A stretch of DNA of 64,000 bases from a virus, in the IMG/VR virus record IMGVR_UViG_3300026097_001200, positions 1 through 64,000 of that record. One strand, written 5' to 3'. Shown piece by piece: positions 26,998 through 37,101 of this stretch (its first letter is position 1; each line of letters begins with the position of its first letter). The notes beneath the pieces were generated by a model, which was not told where the DNA came from, searched no databases, and saw only the letters and a list, made by a program, of their open reading frames with translations. The position numbers and the translations under genes were made by a program.

Positions 26998-27840
26998 ATG
27001 ACTGAGAAAAAAACAATCAACACCTGGTGGGCACCATTACCATATGATGTTGCTGTGGTACTGCCCACAAGGGGACGAACTGAGGCACTGCGAACCAGTT
27101 TGCTCAGTTTAATGGAAAACGCCGAAGAACCGTTGAAAGTACAGTATCTACTGGGCATGGACGACGATGACGTTGATACCATTAAATGGTGCGAAGAACA
27201 TCTGTTTCCAGATCTAGAAGCACAAAAATCACCTGTTCATATTTTTCAATTTCAGCGACTAGGCTACGAGCGACTTAACGAATACGTAAGCGGACTAGCA
27301 CAACGTAGCAGTGCAAATTGGATCATGTTCTGGAACGACGATGCCATCATGCATACCAAAGGATGGGATCGACGTATAGCCGCCGAAACAGGTGAATTCA
27401 ATATTCTACGCATGCCTACACACAATGAGCACCCATATGCCATCTTTCCTATTGTGCCAAGAGAATGGCTGTTGTTGTTCGGCAGATTGAGCCCGCATCA
27501 AATCAATGATGCATGGATCAGTCAAGTGGCATTTATGTTGGATATAATGAAAAACATTGATGTAGATGTAACACACGATCGTCATGATCTCACTGGCAAC
27601 AACGGCGATGAAACATTTGAAAAACGTGTAATGTTAGAAGGCAATCCGCAGGATCCTAGAGATTTTAATCATCCTACATGGCATGCTCGCCGTCAAGAAG
27701 ATGCACAGAAAATTGCCTGGCTTCTTCACAGTCAAGGCAGAGATATGAGTTGGTGGGAACGTGTGTGTTCAGGAGAACAAGACCCCTGGGAGCGTATGGA
27801 TCGCGAATTCGACCCAAACAAGCAGGTGTGCAGGAAGTAG
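26998..27840 (+). CDS. GT-A (GT2-like) glycosyltransferase
   Basis: VVLPTRGR, GMDDDD, FWNDD, FPIVP, NDAW, HDRHD. Confidence 0.75.
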   Translation: MTEKKTINTWWAPLPYDVAVVLPTRGRTEALRTSLLSLMENAEEPLKVQYLLGMDDDDVDTIKWCEEHLFPDLEAQKSPVHIFQFQRLGYERLNEYVSGLAQRSSANWIMFWNDDAIMHTKGWDRRIAAETGEFNILRMPTHNEHPYAIFPIVPREWLLLFGRLSPHQINDAWISQVAFMLDIMKNIDVDVTHDRHDLTGNNGDETFEKRVMLEGNPQDPRDFNHPTWHARRQEDAQKIAWLLHSQGRDMSWWERVCSGEQDPWERMDREFDPNKQVCRK

Positions 27841-27841
27841 A

Positions 27842-28609
27842 ATGATAGAACAAAAGATTCGTGATTATTGGAATGCCCAGCCGTGTAATGTAAATCACAG
27901 CAAACAACCAGTGGGCACAGAAGATTACTTTAACGAAGTAACTGCAAAACGCTACAAAGCAGAGCCGCATATTTTAGATTTTGCTGGGTTTCATCAATGG
28001 CGAGGCAAGCGTGTACTGGAAGTAGGATGTGGTATTGGCACTGACGCAGAACAGTTTACAAGACACGGTGCAGAGTACACAGGCATTGACATCAGCGATC
28101 AGAGTCTTGAGATTTGTCGCCAGAGATTTGATGTGCTAGGACTAGAAGGTACATTTATAAATCGCAGTGCCACTGACGAGTTAACCGATCTTGGAGAGTT
28201 TGACCTTGTGTACAGCTATGGGGTTATTCATCATTATCCTGACATTGATCAAGCCATTGACAATATCTACAATGCAACCAAGGCCGAAGGCGAGTTCCGT
28301 TTCATGGTGTATGCAAAAAATTCCTGGAAGTATGCTATGATTCGTAAAGGATTGGATCAATTTGAAGCACAGGCAGATTGTCCTTACGCCGAAGCATTTA
28401 CACACGATGAAATTGAACAGATGATGGAACCAGACAAATGGAGCATTGAAAGGTTGCGACAAGCACACTGTTTCATGTATAATGTAAGCAAGTACAAGGC
28501 AGGAGAGTTTGAACTTGAACCATGGTTCGAAGCCATGCCTGATATCATGCGAGATGCTGTAAGAGAGTATCTTGGTTGGCACTTATTGGTCAAAGCGAGG
28601 AAAGTATGA
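27842..28609 (+). CDS. Class I SAM-dependent methyltransferase
   Basis: VLEVGCGIG, GIDIS, FDLVYSYGVIHH. Confidence 0.9.
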   Translation: MIEQKIRDYWNAQPCNVNHSKQPVGTEDYFNEVTAKRYKAEPHILDFAGFHQWRGKRVLEVGCGIGTDAEQFTRHGAEYTGIDISDQSLEICRQRFDVLGLEGTFINRSATDELTDLGEFDLVYSYGVIHHYPDIDQAIDNIYNATKAEGEFRFMVYAKNSWKYAMIRKGLDQFEAQADCPYAEAFTHDEIEQMMEPDKWSIERLRQAHCFMYNVSKYKAGEFELEPWFEAMPDIMRDAVREYLGWHLLVKARKV

Positions 28610-29160
28610 AAAAACTTCATACCACGTTCAAAGACATTTCCGGACAATGTTTGGAAATTGCACGAAAAATACAATCGGATGGCTGGCAACCTGACTACAT
28701 TGTGGGTATTACCAGAGGCGGGCTAGTTCCAGCAACACTGCTGAGTCACTATCTAGATGTACCAATGCAAACACTGAAAGTCAGCTTGAGAGACAGCGGC
28801 GAATGTGAAACCAACTGTTGGATGAGTGAAGATGCATTTGGATATGTCCCCGACGGAGAACAAGCCACAATCGGATCTCGTTGGGATCCGCACTATAGAA
28901 AAAACATTCTAATTGTGGACGATATCAATGACTCAGGCGATACACTGACCTGGATCAAACAAGACTGGCAGAGCACGTGTTTACCAGGCGAAACAGACGC
29001 ATGGAATGCAGTATGGAACCGCAATGTTCGTGTTGCTGTGTTGTACAACAACGAAGCAAGTTCGAGCACACTAGAGCCAGATTATGTCGCGGAATCGATT
29101 AACAAAGTGGAAGAAGATATATGGATTGTTTTTCCTTGGGAAAATTGGTGGAGACTATGA
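28606..29160 (+). CDS. Type I purine phosphoribosyltransferase (Gpt/XGPRT-like)
   Basis: IVGITRGGLVPA, ILIVDDINDSGDT PRPP motif, WIVFPWE. Confidence 0.9.
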   Translation: MKKLHTTFKDISGQCLEIARKIQSDGWQPDYIVGITRGGLVPATLLSHYLDVPMQTLKVSLRDSGECETNCWMSEDAFGYVPDGEQATIGSRWDPHYRKNILIVDDINDSGDTLTWIKQDWQSTCLPGETDAWNAVWNRNVRVAVLYNNEASSSTLEPDYVAESINKVEEDIWIVFPWENWWRL

Positions 29161-29591
29161 AGTTTAAAGAATTGTATTTTCACACTGCGGTTATTGCGGT
29201 TGGAGCAAGTTTGTTGAGCAGTGTTGCATTTGCAGAAAATGTAAGAGGTGTAACACAAGATCACTACAAGACTGTGATCAAACAGCGTCCTTACTCAGTG
29301 GAAGTTTGTAAAGAAGTTACTGTTTCTGGTGATCGCACAGGTGATACACTGAAAGGAGCAATCCTAGGCGGGATAATTGGCCATCAGATTGATCATGACA
29401 AAGGATCTGAAATTGGTGCTATTCTCGGCGGAGCTATTGGTCACAACAACTCTACTGCTACCGGTAGCACAAGAACACAATGCCAGACTGAAACACGCTA
29501 CGAAGAAGAACAGCTAGAGGTTTATAACTATTCTACTATTACATTTTGGTCTAATGGTCAGAAACATACAGTGAAGTATACCAGGAAATGA
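29157..29591 (+). CDS. Secreted glycine-zipper 2TM protein (YcfJ-like)
   Basis: Signal peptide; GAILGGIIGHQI...GAILGGAIG. Confidence 0.75.
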   Translation: MKFKELYFHTAVIAVGASLLSSVAFAENVRGVTQDHYKTVIKQRPYSVEVCKEVTVSGDRTGDTLKGAILGGIIGHQIDHDKGSEIGAILGGAIGHNNSTATGSTRTQCQTETRYEEEQLEVYNYSTITFWSNGQKHTVKYTRK

Positions 29592-30457
29592 ATCTACGTT
29601 ACAGCGAAGCATTTTATTCAGTCCAGGGCGAAGGGCAATATGTAGGAGTGCCCAGTGTATTTCTACGAGCCTTTGGGTGCAACTTTAGATGTCAAGGGTT
29701 CGGACTAGATCGAGGGTGGGAACGACAGAAGTACAATCCAGAAGTGGAAAACTTGATTGCCACTGATGTACACAAACAAGACATTTTGTTTGAAGAATTA
29801 CCCATAGTGCACACTGGTTGTGATACATACGCTAGTATCTATCCTGAATTTAAAAAGTTCATGATGAACCGCAGTGTAGACGAAGTGGTAGATCATTTGC
29901 TAAGTCTTACACCAAACGGCTCTTGGACCATGGAAAATGGGCAGGATGTACACTTGATACTCACAGGTGGCGAGCCTATGCTTTGGCAGCGGTTCTGGCC
30001 TGCGCTGTTTGCGCATGAAAAAATGCAGGGCTTGAAAAATGTTACGATTGAGACAAATTGCACACAACCTCTTCAGAGAGAATTACTTGATTACCTGGAG
30101 ACAGAAAGAAGTTTTAAACTCACCTGGAGTTGCTCTCCCAAGCTCACAGTCAGCGGGGAGTCCTGGAATGATGCGATATGCCCTAAAATCGCTGAGTCTT
30201 ATGCTGGTGTTAGCAACAGTGACATTTATTTTAAGTTTGTGGTTGCTGATGCAGTGGATGTGGACGAAGTTGGCACTGCTGTGGCAGAGTACGCCACACT
30301 GGGTATCCAATGCCCGGTTTATGTTATGCCGTTGGGCGGGCGCAGTGAAGAATACAGTCTCAACACCGAACGAGTGGCGGAGCTCGCAATGGAGCGGGGA
30401 TGGAGATATTCGCCCCGGCTCCACGTCGACATCTTTGGCAATGCATGGGGAACTTGA
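29588..30457 (+). CDS. queE: 7-carboxy-7-deazaguanine synthase
   Basis: FYSVQGEG, VFLRAFGCNFRC...GCDT (long insert before third Cys), TGGEP, IETN, SPK, RLH. Confidence 0.9.
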   Translation: MNLRYSEAFYSVQGEGQYVGVPSVFLRAFGCNFRCQGFGLDRGWERQKYNPEVENLIATDVHKQDILFEELPIVHTGCDTYASIYPEFKKFMMNRSVDEVVDHLLSLTPNGSWTMENGQDVHLILTGGEPMLWQRFWPALFAHEKMQGLKNVTIETNCTQPLQRELLDYLETERSFKLTWSCSPKLTVSGESWNDAICPKIAESYAGVSNSDIYFKFVVADAVDVDEVGTAVAEYATLGIQCPVYVMPLGGRSEEYSLNTERVAELAMERGWRYSPRLHVDIFGNAWGT

Positions 30458-31830
30458 TGCACAACAGCGTAAGTGATTTTATTAGAAAAGATCTTACTTT
30501 CATTGATTTTTCTGGACGAGTGTACACGCAGGAACACTTGATCCTAGCACAGAATTATTACTATCAACAACTGCAAGATTTGCCAGTTGAGCCGCAGTGT
30601 GTTTTTATTAATTCTCATCACTTGTTTACTGTTATAGCAGCAATGAGTGCATGCTGGGCACATGGTATTCCGGTATACTACGGTTCATTGCCAGCCGAAG
30701 ACAGTTACTCTGCCGCAGACAAAGAGTTCTATAAATTTATCCAGTGTATAATTGGTTCGGAAGTGGACTTTGACTACATCTGTGATCAAAACATAGAAAC
30801 CAAGACCGACTTTGTAATCACACATGATGTTAAAATTGAATCAGTATTGCCTAATGTAAAAAACATAGAAGATACAGCATTTTTTACACTGCCGGACAAC
30901 AATGCTTGGCCCACTGGATTGGTTACACTTAGTCATAAAGACATTTTGGATCAGTGTTTGTATACAAATAAATCTATCGGATTTAACAACACCCATCGTC
31001 CGGTGCATCCAACACGAGCTTCGCTACGCAGTTTGATTTCTTATACCCTGCCTGCTCTGGTAAACTGCAACACGCATTATTATGACACTGACTCGCACAA
31101 AAGAGGCAGCCGGTCGAACTATCTTTACAAAAAATACAATTTTTGTAAAAAAATCAATGCAACTCATGTGTACATATCAAGTGTAAAAAATCTAGATATA
31201 CTGTTACCCGACAATTATCAAACTGATTTTGTGTTTGTTACCTGCGACAATGTGGATATTCCTGTAGCACAATCATTAATCTCAGACCACGGTGCAAGAT
31301 ACATTGTTGGCTTTTTGTACACCGAATCAACTGGGGTATATGCATCCAATGTTGTAAACAAAGACAATGTCGAATCCTATGTGCCTTTTGGCATGCAGGA
31401 CATTGATTCAGATATTGAATACACCAGCGTCGCTGATGGAACACTGTTGAAAAGAAATAACAAAACCAGTAAATTAAGATACAAAATCAGTAATACCTCC
31501 GCTGGCTATTACACCAGCAATCCAATTACAGTGTTTGAAAAACAAGAAAATCTACTGGACATAGATAATTTACAGAAATTTTTGAGCAACTATCTAGATG
31601 TTACTATTTCGGTAGTACCCGACTATGTTAGTAAAAAGATACATTTATTCGTTTTCGACGCAGATAAACTAGATATCAGCGTGATAAATAAACACATATA
31701 CAGCAAATTTATTGATATTGAAACCAATATCGAAAATTGCATAGATTCTATTCATTATATCTCTCTAGACCAAAATCATCCTAAACCAAACCAAAACTTG
31801 CTCCTATCTCTGGCAAGTAAAAATATCTAA
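30457..31830 (+). CDS. Degenerate ANL (adenylate-forming) fold protein
   Basis: Collinear with 32938..34356 (ACWAHG versus AAWRLG; FT...VTLSH versus HTSGTTGFPK...SH; C-terminal KP..LL) but lacks the SG(T/S)TG loop. Confidence 0.5.
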   Translation: MHNSVSDFIRKDLTFIDFSGRVYTQEHLILAQNYYYQQLQDLPVEPQCVFINSHHLFTVIAAMSACWAHGIPVYYGSLPAEDSYSAADKEFYKFIQCIIGSEVDFDYICDQNIETKTDFVITHDVKIESVLPNVKNIEDTAFFTLPDNNAWPTGLVTLSHKDILDQCLYTNKSIGFNNTHRPVHPTRASLRSLISYTLPALVNCNTHYYDTDSHKRGSRSNYLYKKYNFCKKINATHVYISSVKNLDILLPDNYQTDFVFVTCDNVDIPVAQSLISDHGARYIVGFLYTESTGVYASNVVNKDNVESYVPFGMQDIDSDIEYTSVADGTLLKRNNKTSKLRYKISNTSAGYYTSNPITVFEKQENLLDIDNLQKFLSNYLDVTISVVPDYVSKKIHLFVFDADKLDISVINKHIYSKFIDIETNIENCIDSIHYISLDQNHPKPNQNLLLSLASKNI

Positions 31831-31847
31831 AAACACAAAGGTAAACA

Positions 31848-32948
31848 ATGTATTATTTCACAAGCGAAAGCGTAAGCGAAGGACATCCTGACAAAATTGC
31901 GGATGCAGTCAGCGATACAGTGCTCGACTGCATCATGGATTATCAAGACGAAAGCATGCGATGTGCATGCGAAACAATGACAACTACAAACAGAGTTATC
32001 ATTGGCGGTGAATACAAATGTCCGGACCTTGATTGGAATTATGTCGAAGCCAAGATTCGTGATACAGTAAAAGAAATTGGCTACGAGCAGGAAGGATTTC
32101 ACTGGAGAAACTTTGAGTTCAGCAATCTCATGCACGATCAAAGTTCCGACATTGCACTAGGCACAGATACGTTCGGTGCCGGTGACCAAGGCTTGATGTT
32201 TGGATATGCCTGTGACGAAACCAAGGAATACATGCCAAGTGCTATTTACTGGAGTCATGTGATTACACAAGCTCTTACAGATTATCGCAAACAGATGAAA
32301 GGCTATGAATGGCTGGGACCAGACAATAAGAGCCAGGTCACAATGCAGTATGACAACAACGGAAAACCTGTTGGCATTGATCGCATTGTTTGCAGTACCC
32401 AGCACAGCGAAGATGCAGAGCAGGCATTTGTTAAACATGAAGTAGAAAAAATTATTCGCAGTGTTGTACCACCGCATTTGTTAGAAAACACCTGGTTTTA
32501 TATCAATCCAACTGGACGATTTGTGATTGGCGGACCGGACGGCGATGCAGGCGTTACTGGACGAAAGATCATTGTAGACACCTATGGCGGATACAGTCCA
32601 CACGGCGGCGGTGCATTCAGTGGCAAGGATCCGAGCAAGGTAGACCGTAGTGCAGCCTACATGGCCCGTTGGCTGGCAAAAAATATTGTAGCCAGTGGCG
32701 AAGCCACAGTGTGCACAGTGCAAATTGCTTATGCAATTGGAGAAGCAGAGCCAATGAGTGTGTACGTTAACAGTGACGGCGACAACGATAAACTTACACG
32801 TAATATTCGAGAATATGTGGATCTTACTCCTAAAGGAATCATCGATCAGTTTCAACTGTTTCGACCAATTTATCGTAATACAACCAACTACGGTCACTTC
32901 GGCAAATCAGATTTACCATGGGAGAAGTTAGATCTCTATGATTACTAA
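31848..32948 (+). CDS. metK: S-adenosylmethionine synthetase
   Basis: FTSESVSEGHPDK, GAGDQG, GRKIIVDTYGG, GGGAFSGKD, YGHFG. Confidence 0.97.
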   Translation: MYYFTSESVSEGHPDKIADAVSDTVLDCIMDYQDESMRCACETMTTTNRVIIGGEYKCPDLDWNYVEAKIRDTVKEIGYEQEGFHWRNFEFSNLMHDQSSDIALGTDTFGAGDQGLMFGYACDETKEYMPSAIYWSHVITQALTDYRKQMKGYEWLGPDNKSQVTMQYDNNGKPVGIDRIVCSTQHSEDAEQAFVKHEVEKIIRSVVPPHLLENTWFYINPTGRFVIGGPDGDAGVTGRKIIVDTYGGYSPHGGGAFSGKDPSKVDRSAAYMARWLAKNIVASGEATVCTVQIAYAIGEAEPMSVYVNSDGDNDKLTRNIREYVDLTPKGIIDQFQLFRPIYRNTTNYGHFGKSDLPWEKLDLYDY

Positions 32949-34356
32949 TACTGCGTATCTATGTAGAAAAGATATTACAATTCAACACAATGATCAAATA
33001 CTGTATCCCGAGCAGATCAATGATCTTATTGAATATTATATGGAGCAGTTCTATGATGCGTTCCACGGAGATACACTGGGCAAAAGTGTACTACTTAATC
33101 CTAACAATTTAGAAATTGTGTATCCAGTGGTTATGGCTGCATGGCGACTGGGCATGGCTACAGCACAGCATGAATTTAACATACTGCAAGCAAATCATCC
33201 AGCATGGCGAGATTTTTATGAATACATTGATTGCTATGTAACAGATGCTACTGACTATGAAATAAACAAGCTAGAGCTCAAGCGTCCTATAATTCATGCA
33301 CAGAGAATTATCACACCCAACGGCTTGCAACCTATACAAAAAGCCACACGTAGAATAGCAGATGTTGAAATAGAATCAACTACAGCAGCAGTGAAAACAC
33401 ACACCAGTGGTACCACTGGCTTTCCTAAAGTGTTAGAGATTTCGCATCACAGTGTGCAGGAAAATGCCCGTGCAATCATCAAAATGTATGATCACAACGA
33501 TCAGGATATCGTCTTGCATCACAAAACCATGCATCACGGTAGTTTGTTTTTAAATTTCGGATTACCCAGTTGGATGATGACCAACAAGCATCATTGTATA
33601 CAAAAAGACAGTAAAGACAGCGGTCGCGATGCATTTTTAACAAAAGCTGTAGAGTATTGTAATAAAAATAAAATCACAAAATGGATGGTTGTGTACAATT
33701 GGATTCGCAGACTGCCAGACCTGGATTTAGAATTTGGTCACGATATTGATCTAGTTACTATACTAGGTCCTACATCAGATGAAATGCATCGTTTACTGCA
33801 AAAAACAAAACCAAGGCGTGTGTATCACAACTTTGGTAACACCGAAGTTGGCAATTTATTTTTAAGTGTCACTGATCTCGGCAACGTCAAAGATTATAAT
33901 CCAAATAGATTTCCTATTCAAAACCCTAGCAGTGAAGTGGTAATACACGATCAAACGTTTGATTGCCGAACAACAGGAAGCGAACGCTGGTACAAAATTG
34001 GGGACAAGCTTGATATGATTAACGGTGTTATGTGGTGGCGCGGGCGCACTGATGCTGTGATCAAACACGATAAAAAAATTAAAGTGCTAGATGTACAAGG
34101 ATTTTTAGAAAAGCATTACAACAGCAGAGAATTTTATGTGGTTGGCAACTATCTAACCAATCAAATGTTTCTAGCATTGTTCGATGACTTGGACACAAGC
34201 AATCTTAACACTGTGTTAAAAGAAGAGTTTGGTATACCAGATCTCCTGGACGATATCAAGCAAGTTCCTTATACAGAATACCTACATGGACAAAAACCAA
34301 GTATGCCACTGTTGTTATACTTGTTTAAAATCGACGAGGATCCAGAATATGTTTGA
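32938..34356 (+). CDS. AMP-binding (ANL superfamily) enzyme
   Basis: HTSGTTGFPK, FGNTEVG, GD, GRTD motifs. Confidence 0.8.
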   Translation: MITNTAYLCRKDITIQHNDQILYPEQINDLIEYYMEQFYDAFHGDTLGKSVLLNPNNLEIVYPVVMAAWRLGMATAQHEFNILQANHPAWRDFYEYIDCYVTDATDYEINKLELKRPIIHAQRIITPNGLQPIQKATRRIADVEIESTTAAVKTHTSGTTGFPKVLEISHHSVQENARAIIKMYDHNDQDIVLHHKTMHHGSLFLNFGLPSWMMTNKHHCIQKDSKDSGRDAFLTKAVEYCNKNKITKWMVVYNWIRRLPDLDLEFGHDIDLVTILGPTSDEMHRLLQKTKPRRVYHNFGNTEVGNLFLSVTDLGNVKDYNPNRFPIQNPSSEVVIHDQTFDCRTTGSERWYKIGDKLDMINGVMWWRGRTDAVIKHDKKIKVLDVQGFLEKHYNSREFYVVGNYLTNQMFLALFDDLDTSNLNTVLKEEFGIPDLLDDIKQVPYTEYLHGQKPSMPLLLYLFKIDEDPEYV

Positions 34357-34717
34357 AAAATTGTTTGGTAACAAAAAACCTAAAAAACCTGCAGAGATTA
34401 AAGAAAAACCTAAAAAGGTAACAAAATCTGCTAAAGAAGTTGCAACAGAAAAAGGCGAACCGTATGTTGCAGTACTCGGGCTAGAACTAGATGAAATGGA
34501 TCCAAGTCAAGGTGCATTCGAACTAGACTGGAACGAAAAATTTGTTGCAAATTTAGTAAGAGCCGGATACCAAGGCAAGACAGATGCTGATATTGTAGAT
34601 CAGTGGTTTCAGAATGTATGTAGACATGTGGTTATGGAGACTTGGGAACAAGATCAAGCACAGCAAGGCACAGGAAACAAGCGAGACCTAGGCGACGGGT
34701 ATACAGAGGTAAGATAA
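34349..34717 (+). CDS. Conserved phage hypothetical protein
   Basis: ATEKGEPYV...GAFELDWN...IVDQWF. Confidence 0.7.
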   Translation: MFEKLFGNKKPKKPAEIKEKPKKVTKSAKEVATEKGEPYVAVLGLELDEMDPSQGAFELDWNEKFVANLVRAGYQGKTDADIVDQWFQNVCRHVVMETWEQDQAQQGTGNKRDLGDGYTEVR

Positions 34718-35391
34718 TGCATATATATTTCAACGGCGATAGCAACATGAGCGGTGCCGAACTAGAAAAAGACGCACCTACTATTGCTAGTACAATATCA
34801 CGCAGACTGCGAGCTACTGAATCTGTAAATCATGCCCGTGGAGGAGCCAGTAACGATTACATATATCGAACCACAGTAGAGTATTTACAAAATAATACGC
34901 CAGATTTTGTTGTTATTGGTGTTACAGAAATGGGACGCGGTGAATGGTTGGTTCCATGGTACGGCGAATTGCAGTATATGCAGGTAAACAATCTCGAAAT
35001 GGTAGATGACGCTATGATTGACGGCAGCGGACTACGTAATCGATACAATCATTGGAAGGAATTCCAGCAACAAACGAAACCATTCCACGAGAGTCAGGCC
35101 TGGTATTGGCACGAAAAATACTATAACCTGCATACCATGTTGCAATATATGAAAATTCCGCACATATTTTTTCATGCTTTTCACACATTTAGAATTTATT
35201 CAAAAGCGTACCAGTTAGATTGGCACGGAAGTTTTGTCGAGCCGTACACCATTGGCGAAACCTATATAAAATGGTGCGAAAAGCATGGATACGAAGAAAT
35301 TACCCCAGGCTGGCATCATTACAACAGCGATGCACAAAGAGCCTGGGCAGATAGATTGTTATCACACGCTACCAAAGAAGGCATACTATGA
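34717..35391 (+). CDS. SGNH-like protein
   Basis: NGDSN, NHARGGASN, HY...Q..WA. Confidence 0.65.
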   Translation: MHIYFNGDSNMSGAELEKDAPTIASTISRRLRATESVNHARGGASNDYIYRTTVEYLQNNTPDFVVIGVTEMGRGEWLVPWYGELQYMQVNNLEMVDDAMIDGSGLRNRYNHWKEFQQQTKPFHESQAWYWHEKYYNLHTMLQYMKIPHIFFHAFHTFRIYSKAYQLDWHGSFVEPYTIGETYIKWCEKHGYEEITPGWHHYNSDAQRAWADRLLSHATKEGIL

Positions 35392-36083
35392 TACTGTATG
35401 TCAACGGCGACAGTCACACAGCGGCAGCTGAAGCGGTACATCCTGCAGCATTTGCAGAAGACGATCCAGACTATGGACATCTATTGCGTAGACCGCATCC
35501 TGCTAATCTTGCTGTAAGCTGGGGCAGACAGTTAGCAACAATACTGAGTTGCAAATTTACCTGTGATGCCGAGAGTGCTAGCAGTAACGATAGAATCATT
35601 CGTACCACTCGATCTTGGATGCAGCGTAACCGAGACCGAGCTTTGATTATAATTCAGTGGAGTACCTGGGAACGTGAAGAATGGCTGATTGATGATGTAT
35701 ACTACCAGGTTAATGCCAGTGGTGTCGACGAAGTGCCCGAGAGCCATCAGGAGCAGTACAAACAGTTTGTAATAGACGTGGACTGGCAGAAAAAAACTGC
35801 CGAAGCCCATGACAAAATTTGGAACTTTCACTTGGATCTAGAGCAAGCGGGACTAGATCATATTTTCTTCAATGGCAATACCAGTTTTAGCAGTATCAAA
35901 CAAAGAAAAGACTGGGGCACTTGTTATATGGATCCTTACTCAGACCATGGCACATTTCACAATCAGTTGCAAAATGCCGGAGTTCGCACAGTGAATCCGC
36001 ATAGCTATCACTATGGCGAAGACGGCCATAGACAATGGGCAGATATTGTGTTACAGTATATTAGAACTAACAATCTATACTAG
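35388..36083 (+). CDS. SGNH-like protein
   Basis: NGDSH, SSNDRIIR, HYGEDGH. Confidence 0.65.
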   Translation: MILYVNGDSHTAAAEAVHPAAFAEDDPDYGHLLRRPHPANLAVSWGRQLATILSCKFTCDAESASSNDRIIRTTRSWMQRNRDRALIIIQWSTWEREEWLIDDVYYQVNASGVDEVPESHQEQYKQFVIDVDWQKKTAEAHDKIWNFHLDLEQAGLDHIFFNGNTSFSSIKQRKDWGTCYMDPYSDHGTFHNQLQNAGVRTVNPHSYHYGEDGHRQWADIVLQYIRTNNLY

Positions 36084-36090
36084 GTAGAAT

Positions 36091-37101
36091 ATGAAATATT
36101 TGCTTATTGACACTGCTAATATGTTTTTCCGTGCAAGACACACAGCATACAGAGCCGCCGACGCAGAAGAAAAAGTAGGATGGGCACTGCATGTTACTAT
36201 GAGCAGTGTAAACAAAGTAGTTCAACAGTTTGGTGCAGATCATGTGATATTTGCACTAGAAGGTCGTAGTTGGCGCAAGGATGTCTACGAACCTTATAAA
36301 AAGAATCGCAGTGTAGCAAGAGCCGCACTGTCAGACGCAGAACTTGAAGAAGACAAGATGTTTTGGGAAACTCTAGACGATCTTGTTGATTATCTGCGCA
36401 CACAAACCAATTGCAGTGTTATCCGGCAGCCGGAATCAGAAGCAGATGACATAATTGCAAGATGGATTGATCTGCATCCAGAAGACAAGCACGTTATTGT
36501 CAGCAGTGACACAGACTTTGTGCAACTGTTAAATGATCGTGTTACGCAGTACAATGGCATTGCAGATCAATTGATTTCCACAGAAGGTGTATTTGACGGC
36601 AAAGGCAAGCCTGTTATTGACAAGAAAACCAAAGCCCCAAAAGAAACACCTGATCCAGGTTGGTTGCTTTTCGAAAAATGTATGAGAGGCGACAGCAGTG
36701 ACAATATCTTTTCAGCATATCCTGGTGTACGCAAAAAAGGCACTAAAAACAAAGTGGGACTGTTAGAGGCATACGAAGATCGCGAAAAGCGAGGCTATGC
36801 CTGGAACAATCTCATGCTAAGTCGATGGACTGATCACAACGGCGATGAACATCGTGTGTTAGACGATTACGAACGCAATCGTGCACTCATTGACTTGCAA
36901 GCACAACCGCAACATATCAAGGACGCAGTTGATGTAGCTATTGTGCAAGAATTGGAACAAAAGGAAGTGCCACAAGTAGGCGTGAGATTTATGAAATTTT
37001 GCGGCAAGCACAACTTGGCAAAACTCAGCGAAAGTGCAGAACAGTATGCCAAATGGCTAACAGCCAAATACCAAGGAGATCTTTTAAATGTTAAAAGCTA
37101 A
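36091..37101 (+). CDS. rnh: T4-type RNase H / 5'-3' flap exonuclease
   Basis: LIDTAN, SWRK, YKKNR, EADDII, SSDTDF, GDSSDNI. Confidence 0.92.
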   Translation: MKYLLIDTANMFFRARHTAYRAADAEEKVGWALHVTMSSVNKVVQQFGADHVIFALEGRSWRKDVYEPYKKNRSVARAALSDAELEEDKMFWETLDDLVDYLRTQTNCSVIRQPESEADDIIARWIDLHPEDKHVIVSSDTDFVQLLNDRVTQYNGIADQLISTEGVFDGKGKPVIDKKTKAPKETPDPGWLLFEKCMRGDSSDNIFSAYPGVRKKGTKNKVGLLEAYEDREKRGYAWNNLMLSRWTDHNGDEHRVLDDYERNRALIDLQAQPQHIKDAVDVAIVQELEQKEVPQVGVRFMKFCGKHNLAKLSESAEQYAKWLTAKYQGDLLNVKS

